64,000 bases of DNA, from the NCBI GenBank assembly GCA_023213395.1, contig CM041465.1:168337741-168401740 (forward strand), in the 5' to 3' direction. The number at the start of each line of letters is the position of its first letter. The first letter of the stretch is position 1. Shown here piece by piece: positions 52,691-64,000 of the stretch. The translations under genes were made by a program, and so were the position numbers. Below the pieces are notes generated by a model that was not told the origin of the DNA, did no database searches, and saw only the letters and a list, made by a program, of their open reading frames with translations. Source of the DNA: Cycas panzhihuaensis. Lineage: Eukaryota > Plantae > Cycadophyta.

Positions 52691-54985
52691 ATGTTGGGGC
52701 AAGGTGATCCCCTCTCTCCTTTCCTGTTCATTATTATGGCAGAAATGTTAGGTAGGGCGATGTTGGAGGCCCAGAGGATAGGGAGGATAACAGGTTTGAG
52801 AGCTTCCTCTAACCTAGATAATATTGTGTATCATCAGTTTGTAGACGATAATATTTTTCTCTATAAGGCCTCCTTGGGGGAGGCCAGAGCCTTAAAATCG
52901 GGTCTACAGGCTTATGAAAGGGCTACAAACCAAAAAATCAATTTGGACAAAAGCTCGACCTTTTTTATCAATACTCTGGAGAGGCTGCAAAGAAAAATAA
53001 GCAGGATTTTGGAGATGGCTAGAGGCTTCCTCCCTAGCTCTTACCTTGGTATGCCTCTTTTTGTGGGAAAGATGGGGAAGGATTTGTGGGATCCTATAGT
53101 AAATAGATTCTATAGGAAGTTGGCAGGATGGAAAGGGGCGCTCCTCAGTTGGGCCAGGAAAATTCAGCTAGTGGTGGCTTCCTTGCAGAGTATTCAGGTC
53201 TATCAAATGACGGTTTTCAAAATACCGAGCAGAGTTATCTCAACTCTGGAGGGAATCATGAAGAGATTTCTTTGGTCAGGTGCTGAAGATAAAAAGAGAA
53301 TCCACCTAGTGTCCTGGGAGAAGGTCTGCAGGCCTAAGTGGGTGGGAGGTCTCAGCGTCAGAAGATTGGGCCTTTTTAATGAAGCTCTTTTAGCAAAGAC
53401 GGGATGGAGACTCACTAAAGAAGCTGGCTCGATCTGGGGAAAAATCATAACAAGGAAGTATCTGGGGGATAATCACTTTTTATTGGAGGAGGGGCTCTGC
53501 TCGGAGGGGTCCCCGGTATGGAGAGCCATCAGGACTTCGAGATCCCTTCTCCATGAAGGGGTGAGATGGAAGCTGGGGGACAGCGAAAGCATAAGGTTCT
53601 GGGAGGATAGATGGTGTAGACACTTTAAATTAGAGGAGATGCCTAACATCGGGACCATGAAGAGGGACTGTGTAAGACGTTATGGTCCCTTTGTTAAGAA
53701 TTATTGGGAAGGGCAAGGAAAGGACAGGAGGTGGAGATCGTTTGAGGAACTGCACAGCCTTGAGGAGGCGATCCACAGGGTGAAAGGGATCTTAGAAAAC
53801 CAGTATATCCCAAAGAGGTTAGTACCAGATTCTCTGGTATGGCCACCGTCATCTTCGGGTTCATATACGGTTAAAGCTGGTTATAATTTAGGGATGAGTA
53901 GGGAGGGCTGGGATAGGAATGACATTCTAGCTGGGGTTTGGAAGATGAGGGTTCTCCCAAAAATAGCCGCTTTCTGGTGGTTATGCCTCTAAAACAAATT
54001 ACTCACATTGGATAATCTTTCGAAGAGGGGCTTTAATTTGGCGAGTAGGTGCGTACTGTGTAAGGTGGAAGCTGAAACCCTAGACCACCTATGTATTCAT
54101 TATCCTTACATGATGGGCATTTGGAGTGTTATCTGGTCCGGGTTGGGGATAGCTTAGGTCTCTTCGAAATCCCTAGAAGAGCAGTGGTCAGCTTGGATCT
54201 CTCCTTTCAAAAACAAAATCCTATCTAGACTCTAGAAGATGATCCTTCTGGTAGGTTCTTGGTTCATTTGGAAAGAACAAAACAGGAGGATCTTCGAAGG
54301 TAAAGAGAAGGATAGCCCGGTGGTGCAGATAGAGATTAGGAAGGCTATCTCAGAAATGTTGGTTGAACCAAAAGAAGACAGGATATCCAAAGGGGAAGAA
54401 GATATTATCAAAGATTGGGGTATAGTTCCCCTGGAGGGTGTCAAAAAGAGGAGAAGAGATGTCAAGTGGCACCCTCCAGATGCATTATGAGTAAAAGTTA
54501 ACTTCAATGGAGCTGCCAAGGGCAACCCCGGTGAGGCGGGAGGAGGTGGCCTATGTAGGGATTCAGGAGGTAACTTGAGATGGGCTTTCGTGGAGTATTT
54601 GGGAGTTCAATTGAACCAAAAGGCTGAGGTTCGGGCTGTGTTGAGGGCCACAACTCTGATGGACAAGGAGAATATGCAAACGGTGATAATAGAGGGTGAT
54701 TCGATGTATACTATAAAATTCTTGAGAGGGGATGCCGACCCTGGTTGGGACAATATAGATATTTTCAGGGATGTCCAAGAAGTTTTGGGCTCCAGAGAGG
54801 AGGTTTAGATTTAGCATACTTATAGGGAAGGAAATTCGGTAGCAGATTGGTTGGCAAACTGGGCTGTGATAAATAAAAGATCAAAAGTCTGGAGAGAGGA
54901 GTACCCAGAGGAGTTACTGAGACTGGTCAGGGCAGATGCACATATGGGAGAGGTAGTTAGAGGAGAAGACCTAAACTTGGGCTAG
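52691..54985 (+). pseudogene. L1 ORF2 C-terminal part: RT (from QGDPLSP), zf-RVT/CCHC and RNase H; one reading frame with ~6 premature stops
   Basis: QGDPLSPFLF, QFVDD, YLGMPL, HLVSWEKVCRPKWVGGL, CVLCKVEAETLDHL, KVNFNGAAKGNPG, IEGDS, HTYREGNSVADWLAN. The ORFs at 52691, 54239 and 54575 share a frame. Confidence 0.93.
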
Positions 54986-55094
54986 ACCATGGGCCTATCA
55001 TGGTCATTCTGTCTAAGCCATATGGCCTTGATGTACTAGGTTTGGGGACCTAGTTAAAACCCCTGTAATATTATTTTACCTTATCAAAAAAAAA
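52698..55094 (+). mobile_element. 5'-truncated L1-clade LINE with poly(A) tail and 14-bp TSD
   Basis: TSD AAGTTAGATGTTGG at 52684-52697 and 55095-55108, poly(A) at 55086-55096, higher GC and CpG content than the surroundings. Confidence 0.96.
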
Positions 55095-55102
55095 AAGTTA
55101 GA

Positions 55103-55614
55103 TGTTGGAATTTTTAAAGTTTTTAAATATCTAATGTTTAATGTAATATTATGAACTCACACAAAACATTAATAAAATATGTGAAAAGAACAATTATTTA
55201 TGTAACTTCCTATTAGAATATGAAAAAACTCAATGATGTAATAGGTTTATCATAAGGTGATTATACATATAAATATGTATATATACCACTTGAGAACTTG
55301 TAAAAAGAGAGTGGAGAATAATTCTTCTAAAGAACTAATAAAAAGAAATAATACTTCAAACCTTCTCCCATGGTTTTTTCCCTATTAATTTTTCCACTTA
55401 TAAATCTTAGTGTCTCTTATGGTAATGTTTAATAATTTTTTATAATATTTGATATTAATATATATTATTCTTAACTTATAATTTATTTAAATTTTCTTCA
55501 TGATTCATCACTGTATTTCATTAATTTGGCTTTATATTTCTAACATCATATATCAATGCTTTCCCTATATTTAAATAATTTAATATGATATTGGAGTATT
55601 CAAAATTTCTAATA
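55103..55614 (+). repeat. 5' LTR
   Basis: Direct repeat of 58961-59445. Confidence 0.85.
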
Positions 55615-58600
55615 TGTGATTAAAACTCTAGGGTTATGAATGATCTTATAGAGAGTCATGGAAGTTTTACAACAAAATATAGTTTCAAAGACTTAATGAT
55701 TAAGTCTATTCTTTTAGCAGATATTGAGCCATTTTGAGTCAATTATTCCAGAGAAATGTGATAATGATTTTGGGATAAGTTGATAAAGATTTTAAATTTG
55801 AATAGAAGATGGACTCTCTTGATAATAAGTAATTTATGTGGATATTTATTTAAGTATATTAGTACTATATTCTAGAACATGTAAGTCAAGTCCCCATCAA
55901 ATATGATAAAGATAGAGAAGATGTTATTAGTTATATTAATTGATATGGATTGTCCCCTATAGAAGTGATTGAGATTTTATAAGATTGGTCATTTCACCAA
56001 ATTATAATTAGCAACAAAAAAATTAGATAAGTGATGGTGACACCTCTCTTACCCAGCTTCTTAATAATAAAATCTTTTATCTACATTTTGCTTATGAATA
56101 TTCTTTTAGTCAAAGGTACTTTCTCAATAGTTTGTTCTTTAGAAATGAGTAGAAATAATGAATTTTTAGTGTATTTAAAGTTTCATAGAGATTTTATATA
56201 TTACCATTAGAATGAGATTAAAAATAGGTTATTATGAGGACCTAATAATTAGACAGTACCTAAAAGATAGGCAATAGGTATGTACAATTGATATAAAGGG
56301 TTGAAGATATGAAAAATATTATTAAGTAACAAGATAAAGAAGGCATAATGAATAAAATAGGGTTTTAATAACACTAGCAAGCATGTCAAGGCACATATAA
56401 GTTAGACTTGAATTAAATATGGGTTTTACTAATTTATTACTTGTGATAAGAGATTATGTATTATGACACATATATGAGTTGAGTGACTTTGACAATATGT
56501 GAGATGAATATGAAAAGAAGCTAAATCCATAGACATGTTAGTTTCTAGTATATTTGTATATGTAATAGGGTTCATTGATGTAGATATCCATGAAATCATG
56601 AAGTCATAGAGATATGGAGATGTATTATTGACAAAGTATATACCTTTGATAAGAAGACCTATGGAATAGAAAGACTAAGCAAAATAAGCTACATGAATAT
56701 GGAAACATCAGAACTAAAATCCATCCGAATAGAACAATCCAACCCAAGGAGATCATATCTATTTATTAGGAATCCTTATTATTGATAATAGATTATCAAT
56801 AAATTTATCATCTAATGCTTCACCCAATTGAGCATATCCTACCTATAAAAATCATCCAACACATCTAAGGATAAATACTTTTGCCTATGAAAATGGGATC
56901 ACTAACCACTATTACAAATTGATCACCCAAATATTTAAAACTTAGATTATAGAGTTGTAGTAACCTACACAAAGTTAGTAACCTTGTAACAAACTTTTTA
57001 GCCATAAGTAATCGATTAGAGATAAGTGTGAGGTTCACAAAAAGAAATAAATGCCCACAGTCGTGAATAAAATTTCCATGAAGAAGTCTATAATTTACAC
57101 TAGTCATTGATTACAAAAGACAAACAAAAAATTGGTCACCTCAAACATAATACCCTTTGAAATTTATTACACATAAAATCTTGATGAGATCAAACGTAGA
57201 TTAAATCATTCATAAAATTTGTCAAAATCTATCACACAAAAAATAAAACCTTGATAATGGATTATTGATGAATTTTATTTATTTGTTATAATGTTTTATT
57301 ATCATTAAATTAAATTGAAATTAAAGTTCAAGTTTGATTAATCCCCTTTTATAGAATTGGTTGGTTACATGGAGTTTAACACACAACCAAGAGTTATAAT
57401 AAATAGGTTCTTATTAAATTTCAAATGATGTTTTCATTTTTAATAACCTATTTATCAATTTTTCAATCATAATTTTTGTATATGAAGTCAAAATTTTAAG
57501 TCATTAGTTTCTTTAGAAAGAGCATTTAGAAATGATTGAAACAGGTGGTTGTAAGACATATTTTGGAACTTAAATCATCATAATTTTAATTAATAAAGTA
57601 GATCAAGTTGATTTTGGAATAGTAAAAGTTACAATTTTTATGTACTTGAGGATATAATTTAGAATAGTTTAAAGATTTTGAAAGCTCATGAGTACATATT
57701 AAGAAAATAGATGATTAATAATGAGTTTGAATTTAAATTTGGTTAAAAGTAATATTTTAAGGCTTAAGTTAAAATTGTAGGAGCCTATTTGATATTTAAT
57801 ATGAGATAAGACATGTTGGACATGATGGTATTGATTTTCCTTAAGTATTTAAACATTTGATCTAGTGATACTAACCACTAATCAAATTGAATTTAACCTA
57901 GAATGAATACATGATTACTTGATTTATTGACTACATACATGATTGGTATGGAAACACCACCTATTTTAGATTTATTACAAAGAAGTCATTACTTTTATTA
58001 TTGTTTATTAAAAGTTTGGTTATGAGAATGATTGAGTTATTTTTACCTATTATGAGACATGGAGAAGATTCATATGTTGATTGTCTTGGTACCAAAATCA
58101 ACTATTAAAAAGTCCAATTGATACGTATTTATTAGTGAGAAATCTAACATTCCATGTATGACAAGAGGAATAGAAACATTTTTTCTTTATATTAACTTAT
58201 TATAGCTAACTTGATTTGCCTAGGTGGTAAGCCCTATTCCTAGAGTTAGTTTGTTCAATTTATTAATAAGATTGGTTGGTTCCCAAATAAAAGTTTTAGA
58301 AATATATGTTGAAGCATTAATAGAGGCAATGCATAATTTTTCTCACATACAAGAGGAAAGACAAATTCATTCTACTCTTATATAATATATTAGCTTAATA
58401 GCTAGTGTTGTTTTATTATTTGATTTTATTTAGCTAATGAACCATGTACAAAAAATATTTCTTATAGAACTAGTAATTATAAAGGCTAGTTATCCATGCA
58501 TTTTAGTAAATTGTTGTTATTTTATATAGACATCAACAATCATTTTAGTCCATGATATTTTGAGATGATAGAGATGACATTATTGGTTGTTGCAATTTTA

Positions 58601-58960
58601 TAGGTGAAAATATGAAGTTGATAAGGAGAAAAACTTTATATATCATGACAAAGTTGAAAGTCATGAATGATGATTACTTATTGGTTGATTGATGATGGTT
58701 TATACGTTTTATAGGTAGTTGGTTTCATATATTTAATTACAATTTAATATGATACATTATTAATAGGATTTACTTATAGGAAACAAGCATGATGAAGATA
58801 AATTTTAGAATGACTTTTAGGTTATAGGTGATTCAATTTGATGCATATTTTAGTATAAGATTATAGATTGTAGCATGAAGATAAAAGTTTAAAAAAAATG
58901 AAGTCAAAGATATGAAGATTACAAAGTTGAAGATTTAAGATATTAAGTAAGAAGGAGGTG

Positions 58961-59445
58961 TATTAGAATATTTGAAGTTTTTACATATCTAATATTTAGT
59001 ATATTATTATAGACCTATACAAAATATTATTGAAATAGGTGAAAAGCATAATTATTTATGTAACTTCCCATTATAGGATGAAAGGCTCAATGATATAATA
59101 GCCTTATCATAAGGTGATTATACATATAAATATGTATACATACCACTTAAGAACTTGAGAAATAAGAAATGAATTCATTTAGAGATCTAATAAAGAGAAG
59201 TAATGCTCCAAACATTCTCCCATGATTTTTCCATCATGGATTTTCTATATATAAATCTTATTATCTCCTATGGTAATGTTTGATATTGATAAATACTAGT
59301 CTTATCTTATAATTTATATATATAATTCTCATGATTCATTATCATATTTTATTAATCTACTTTTACAATTCTAACATCATATATCAATACTTACACTATA
59401 TTTAAATAATTTAATATGACATAAGAGCATTCAAATTTTTTAATA
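58961..59445 (+). repeat. 3' LTR
   Basis: Follows the PPT and is followed by TSD TTAGA. Confidence 0.85.
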
Positions 59446-60939
59446 TTAGAGTCAAGTCAAAGGTTGAAGATGTGTATTTTGAGTGAGATTAGTTGCAGAA
59501 ATCACTTGGTCACTAGCTTATTGGCTCTTTTTCTCCAAACTATAGGCTACCCATAATACAATAGAAATATCTCCCCCCTCTAAAATAGATCATTTAATTA
59601 TAGAACCTAAAGACATAATAAGTGACAAGGATTCTAGTAATATTTGGTAACACTTTATTATCACCAATTGTTTCCCTTTCAAATAAAATGAGGAGGTGAT
59701 TTATAGACCTGGAATGGATGGCTTGAAACTCATTAGTTTGAAAAAAATAAGAGCAAAATTTATGGCATTCACTCATAAGTTTTGGTATAAAGTTTGATGT
59801 AAAATAAATATTAGTTAGACAAGTTTCTAAGAGATTCTCTTGGTGAATTGGAGATGAATATATATATTTTTTTAAAGGCAAAACCATTTGGTTTTGGCAT
59901 GAGGAAGATAAGGACAATAAAGAATTTATTCCATGGCCCTTCCTAAGAAATCATTTCTTAATTTCAATAAGGAAATAAATAAAAAATATAATAAATAAAC
60001 TTGGACAACCATTCCCAATTCTATAATAGGACAAGGACATTGCATTGTCATTTCTAGAATATGACATTGCATTCTATTATATTTTTTTTATAATAGGATG
60101 TGATGTTCTATGATAAAATTTTCTACATCTTGCTATAGAATATGTAATGGGATATTATACACCATTACAAATTTTTCAACTGTACATCACATCCCATTTT
60201 AAAATTCATAATGGAATGGCACTAATAATGAGGCTATAGAAAAATTAAGGGGGGTAAAAAAACTTTCCCAAAGAAAATATGATAAAATTTGACGAGTAAA
60301 TATGAAAAGAGGTGCCAAAGGTACCTAGCAGGTGTTAAGGAGGCATTTCTTAATAATGTGACTTGGGTGTATGATTTTTATTATGTTATTAGTTGGTATT
60401 TATCTTTATAGATTGAGTACTCATACACCCATCATAAGAACAATAGGAAAATATTAGTATACATGTATATAAAATCTTAAAATCAACTAAAATATAAAAG
60501 ACAAATGCATACCTAATTTACATTTTAGTTGATAGATGTTAGGACCCTAGCTTCAAGAAACACCATCTAAATATAATGATTTGGCCTAAATATTATCTAT
60601 TTAATAAATAGCTATGTCATTAATAAACAAAAGTGTTTCATGATAAGTGGTATTTATTTTTCTATCTAGGAGGGTCCTTTGTTAGGATTATCTAGATCAG
60701 TCAATGCTAATTCCATAACTCCTCTAATATGTTGAGATTTGTATTATCTCTTCTTCATTTAAAACTTAAGACTCTTCATGTATTCATAAAGACCTCTATA
60801 AAGTTAGTTGGTAGTATTTTCTATCTAGTCATGTCTATCCATATGCCAATGGCACCTCCACTAATTTGAGTGTGGGTCTATCAAGTGATCTCCTACCTAT
60901 GTTGCAAGTCAATAATTGTATATATCAATGATAGTTAAG

Positions 60940-63900
60940 TGTGTAAATTATTAAAAATTAAATGTAATGAGAATGGAGAAGCAACTAAAGTAAGATTAAC
61001 TATCAAATATTATAAAAGTTTATCATATAATTAACACAATCTCAAATTGAAGTCATACCTCATTTTATTTTAACAATTCACTATACGTATATAAATACAA
61101 CTCTAAAAAAGAATTCAAATCCTATCTAATTAACATATAAAAATAAAAATAAAATAAATCTAAAATTTAATATAACATAATACTTTAAAAGAAATCTTAT
61201 AACCAAAGTCTTAAGTTATAAATAAACATTAATGTTAACACTCTCTTAATATTTATTTCATTTCTTCTAACACCTAAACAATCATTGAAAATATGGAATT
61301 TTTTATATGCTAGTGGTTTGGTGAAGATTTTAGCCAACTATTCTTCTATTAACCTACACACCATCTCAATCTCATATTTTTAAATCAATTCTTAAATAAA
61401 GTGATGGTCCACCTCAATATATTTGGTATGAGTGTAGAACATAGGATATTTTTTTTAATAATTTTTAAATTACTGTAATTATCACACTATAAGATAGTTG
61501 GTTCTAATTACAATAATCCTATACCCTTTAGAATATATTATAACCAAATGGATTAAGTATCTACTTTAACTATAACCTTATACATTACTTTAGTTTAGGA
61601 TAAAGTAACATTTAATTACTTTTTACTATTTCACATGATGTTAGTTGAACCTAAACTAAAATAATGTGCAGAAGTTAATCTTCTACTATTTATACATTTG
61701 GCTTAATTAGAATCTATAAATCTTGTTAACTTAAAGTTATCATTATGATGGAATTTAAATCTATATTAAATTATCCCTTTTCAAGTATTTGATGATTCTT
61801 TTTATAGCTTTCTAGTGTCTCTATTTTAGTCCTATCATGAATCTAGATATTATTCTAACTACAAAAGATATATCAAGTACAGTAGTAATCAAGTATATCA
61901 TACTTCCACTAGTTGCCTATATAACATTAAATCAACATTTACTCCATCATTTTCTATTATTAATAAAAAATCTATCTCCATAAAGGTAGATGTAGGTTTT
62001 TAATTATACATTCTAAATTTCTTCAAAACTTTCGAGGTGTATTATATCTATGAGATAAAGACATGTTCAGGACTTTTCTATACTTCCACACTAAGGAAAT
62101 AGTGTAAAGTTCATAGATCTATCATCTCAAAGAAATGACTATGATCTATCTTCAAGTTTTATATCATATTAATATTATTATCTATGATTAGTAGATCATT
62201 AACGTATAACACTACAAATATGATTTTATCATTTTCTTCTTTGATATATAGATTTAAGTTAGTGGGAGATCCTTCAAATCTATTATTTAGAAATCACTAA
62301 TTAATCTTTTCATTTTAGGCTCTAGGAGCCTATTTCAGGTCATACAAGGCTTTCTTGAATCAACATATTGAGTGTTCATGCCCTTTTTCAATAAATCCAT
62401 GTGGTTACTCCATGTGGACTTTTTCAATTAAATTTCCATCAAAAAATGTATTCTTCATATCTATCTAGTGTAGTTACCAATTGAATTGTGTAGTTATCAT
62501 CATATAACATTAATGGTATTTATCTTTATAATAGAAGCAAATGTTTCTTGGTAGTTGATCCCTTCTTGTTACTTGGATCCTTTCACTATAAGTTGAGCTT
62601 TATATTTATTTATAAATTTATCTAATTTAAATTTTTTCTTATAGACCCATTTGCACGAATTACATACTTTCCAATAAGTAATTCAATGAAATCCCATATG
62701 TACTTCTTCTTGATAACTTAGATTTCAGTCTCAATAGCATCATTCCATATTTTCTCTTTGATTTCTTCTTTAATTATGGATGGCTCATTTTCATCTAAAA
62801 CCTGTGTCATAAGAGTTATATTCATTTATTCAAAAGGTTATACTTTTAGCTTCCACTTTTCCCTAGAATTAGGTAACATTTCCTTATTATCCTCTATAGT
62901 TCTAATATACCATTTTAGAAGCTTCTACTTCAAAGATGAATATGATAAATTAGATAGTTTCTCTAGCTTTAACTTTGACTTTAACTTTAGTTTTTTCTTT
63001 TGTGTTTTCTCAGATTTAGCTTCTAGAATCTAAAAGAATCCTAATTCCACTTATTCATTTATATTAAATGGCTCATATTTAGGTTGAACAATATCATGTG
63101 AAGTACAACATTTAGGTGGCTCCTTTACCTGATCCTCAACCTCAACTAAATCAACATCTTAAGTTTTATTTTTTCAAAAAATAACATCATCAGTCATATA
63201 AACTTTTTAAATTTATAACTAGTATAATTTGTAAGTGTTACTTTCATTAGAGTATTTGATAAGGATACACTTCATATTTTTATCTTCTAACTTTTATTAT
63301 TTTCTTTTAAAATATACATATACACATTATATTTAAAGATTCTCAAATGACTTATAATTGGTTTTCTACCTGACCAAGCTTCCTTAGGAGTTATGTTCCC
63401 AACATCCCTTGTAGTGCTTTTATTTATCAGATATGATGTTTTATTCACATCTTCTACCCATAATAAATCTATAACATCCTTTCCATTTATCATTAATTTA
63501 GATTTCTCAACTAAAGTTTTGTTCATTTTCTCAACAACTCCATTCTAATGAGCCATATAGGGAGTACCTTTAAATTCTATGATATCTATAAAACTAGATG
63601 AATTTATTTAGAGTGTACTCTCCACTATCATTAAGTCATAGGAACTTGATGTTCAGTCCACTTTTATCCTCTTCCAACTCCTTAAACTATTTGAAATAAG
63701 TGAAGGCTTGTGATTTTTCTCTCAATGAAAAAACCCAAACTTTCCTTAGAAAGTCATTAATATAAGTAATAAAATATCTTGCTCTACCTAGTATGATGAC
63801 AAACATTGATCCATAAATATATAATTGAACTAATCCTAATTTTTCCTTTGCTCTTTACTCTTTTTTCTTAAAAATGGTTCTTTTTGTTACTTATTAAAAA

Positions 63901-64000
63901 TATAAGGTTCACATAAATAACCTTTATTATTAATCAAAGGTAAACCATATATCATTTTAGATTATACATTAATTAAAGACTAGAGTAATTCAAATGACCC
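60940..64000 (-). mobile_element. Ty1/copia element, degenerate, running out of the window; 3' LTR ~60940-61240
   Basis: Minus strand: integrase INDFLRKVWVF and TPKEAWSGRKP, RT QEGINYQETFA, LYDLK*APRA and LYVNDLLI, RNase H HTKYIEVDHHFI and KIFTKPL. PPT ATTAAGAGAG followed by TGTTAACA at 61240. Confidence 0.88.

Larger units (their letters stand above)
55103..59445 (+). mobile_element. old LTR retroelement with no recognisable intact coding region (non-autonomous or heavily decayed; copia-like ends)
   Basis: LTRs 55103-55614 and 58961-59445 share CATAAGGTGATTATACATATAAATATGTA etc. TSD TTAGA (55098-55102, 59446-59450); PPT AAGAAGGAGGTG at 58949-58960. Confidence 0.85.

Noticed and set aside
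52691-53992. Functional host gene of 433 aa
   Set aside because: It is a truncated LINE ORF2 lacking the endonuclease and the N-terminal RT, bounded by a TSD and poly(A).
56648-57234. Solo LTR nested in the 55103-59445 element
   Set aside because: It has a TATA-like site and TG/CA candidates, but no TSD was found.
59566-60730. Additional PPT-like tracts (59566-59585 minus, ~60245, ~60720 minus)
   Set aside because: No paired LTRs or coding domains are available to anchor an element.

Overview
This is a gene-free, AT-rich, CpG-depleted window of nested, decayed retrotransposons from a large-genome land plant (gymnosperm-like, which is inference). It holds four Ty1/copia elements. Two are complete with LTR pairs and TSDs (14011-19152, 37991-43262) and two are cut by the window edges (1-~4976 on +, ~60940-64000 on -). 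There are several Tat/Ogre-type Ty3/gypsy pieces: a full degenerate gag-PR-RT-RH-INT element (26121-~36700), an opposed gag-PR-only fragment (~37440-45400, -) and a 3' region carrying an antisense, apparently intron-containing plant mobile domain (PMD) gene (~4985-7100, -). Also present are an LTR element with no recognisable coding capacity (55103-59445), a young 5'-truncated L1 LINE with RNase H inserted across that element's LTR edge (52698-55094), tandem repeats and a (TA)n tract. No intact host gene, rRNA, tRNA or CRISPR array is supported. The strongest unexplained signals are non-coding. One is a ~24-nt motif (YTRATGAG.YTAAACTAYGGTGAC-like) arrayed with unrelated spacers in gypsy 3' UTRs, about 16 copies in 5 clusters. 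The other is a set of three repeated GAAAA-bulged hairpins in a copia 3' UTR. All alignments and identities were done by eye.
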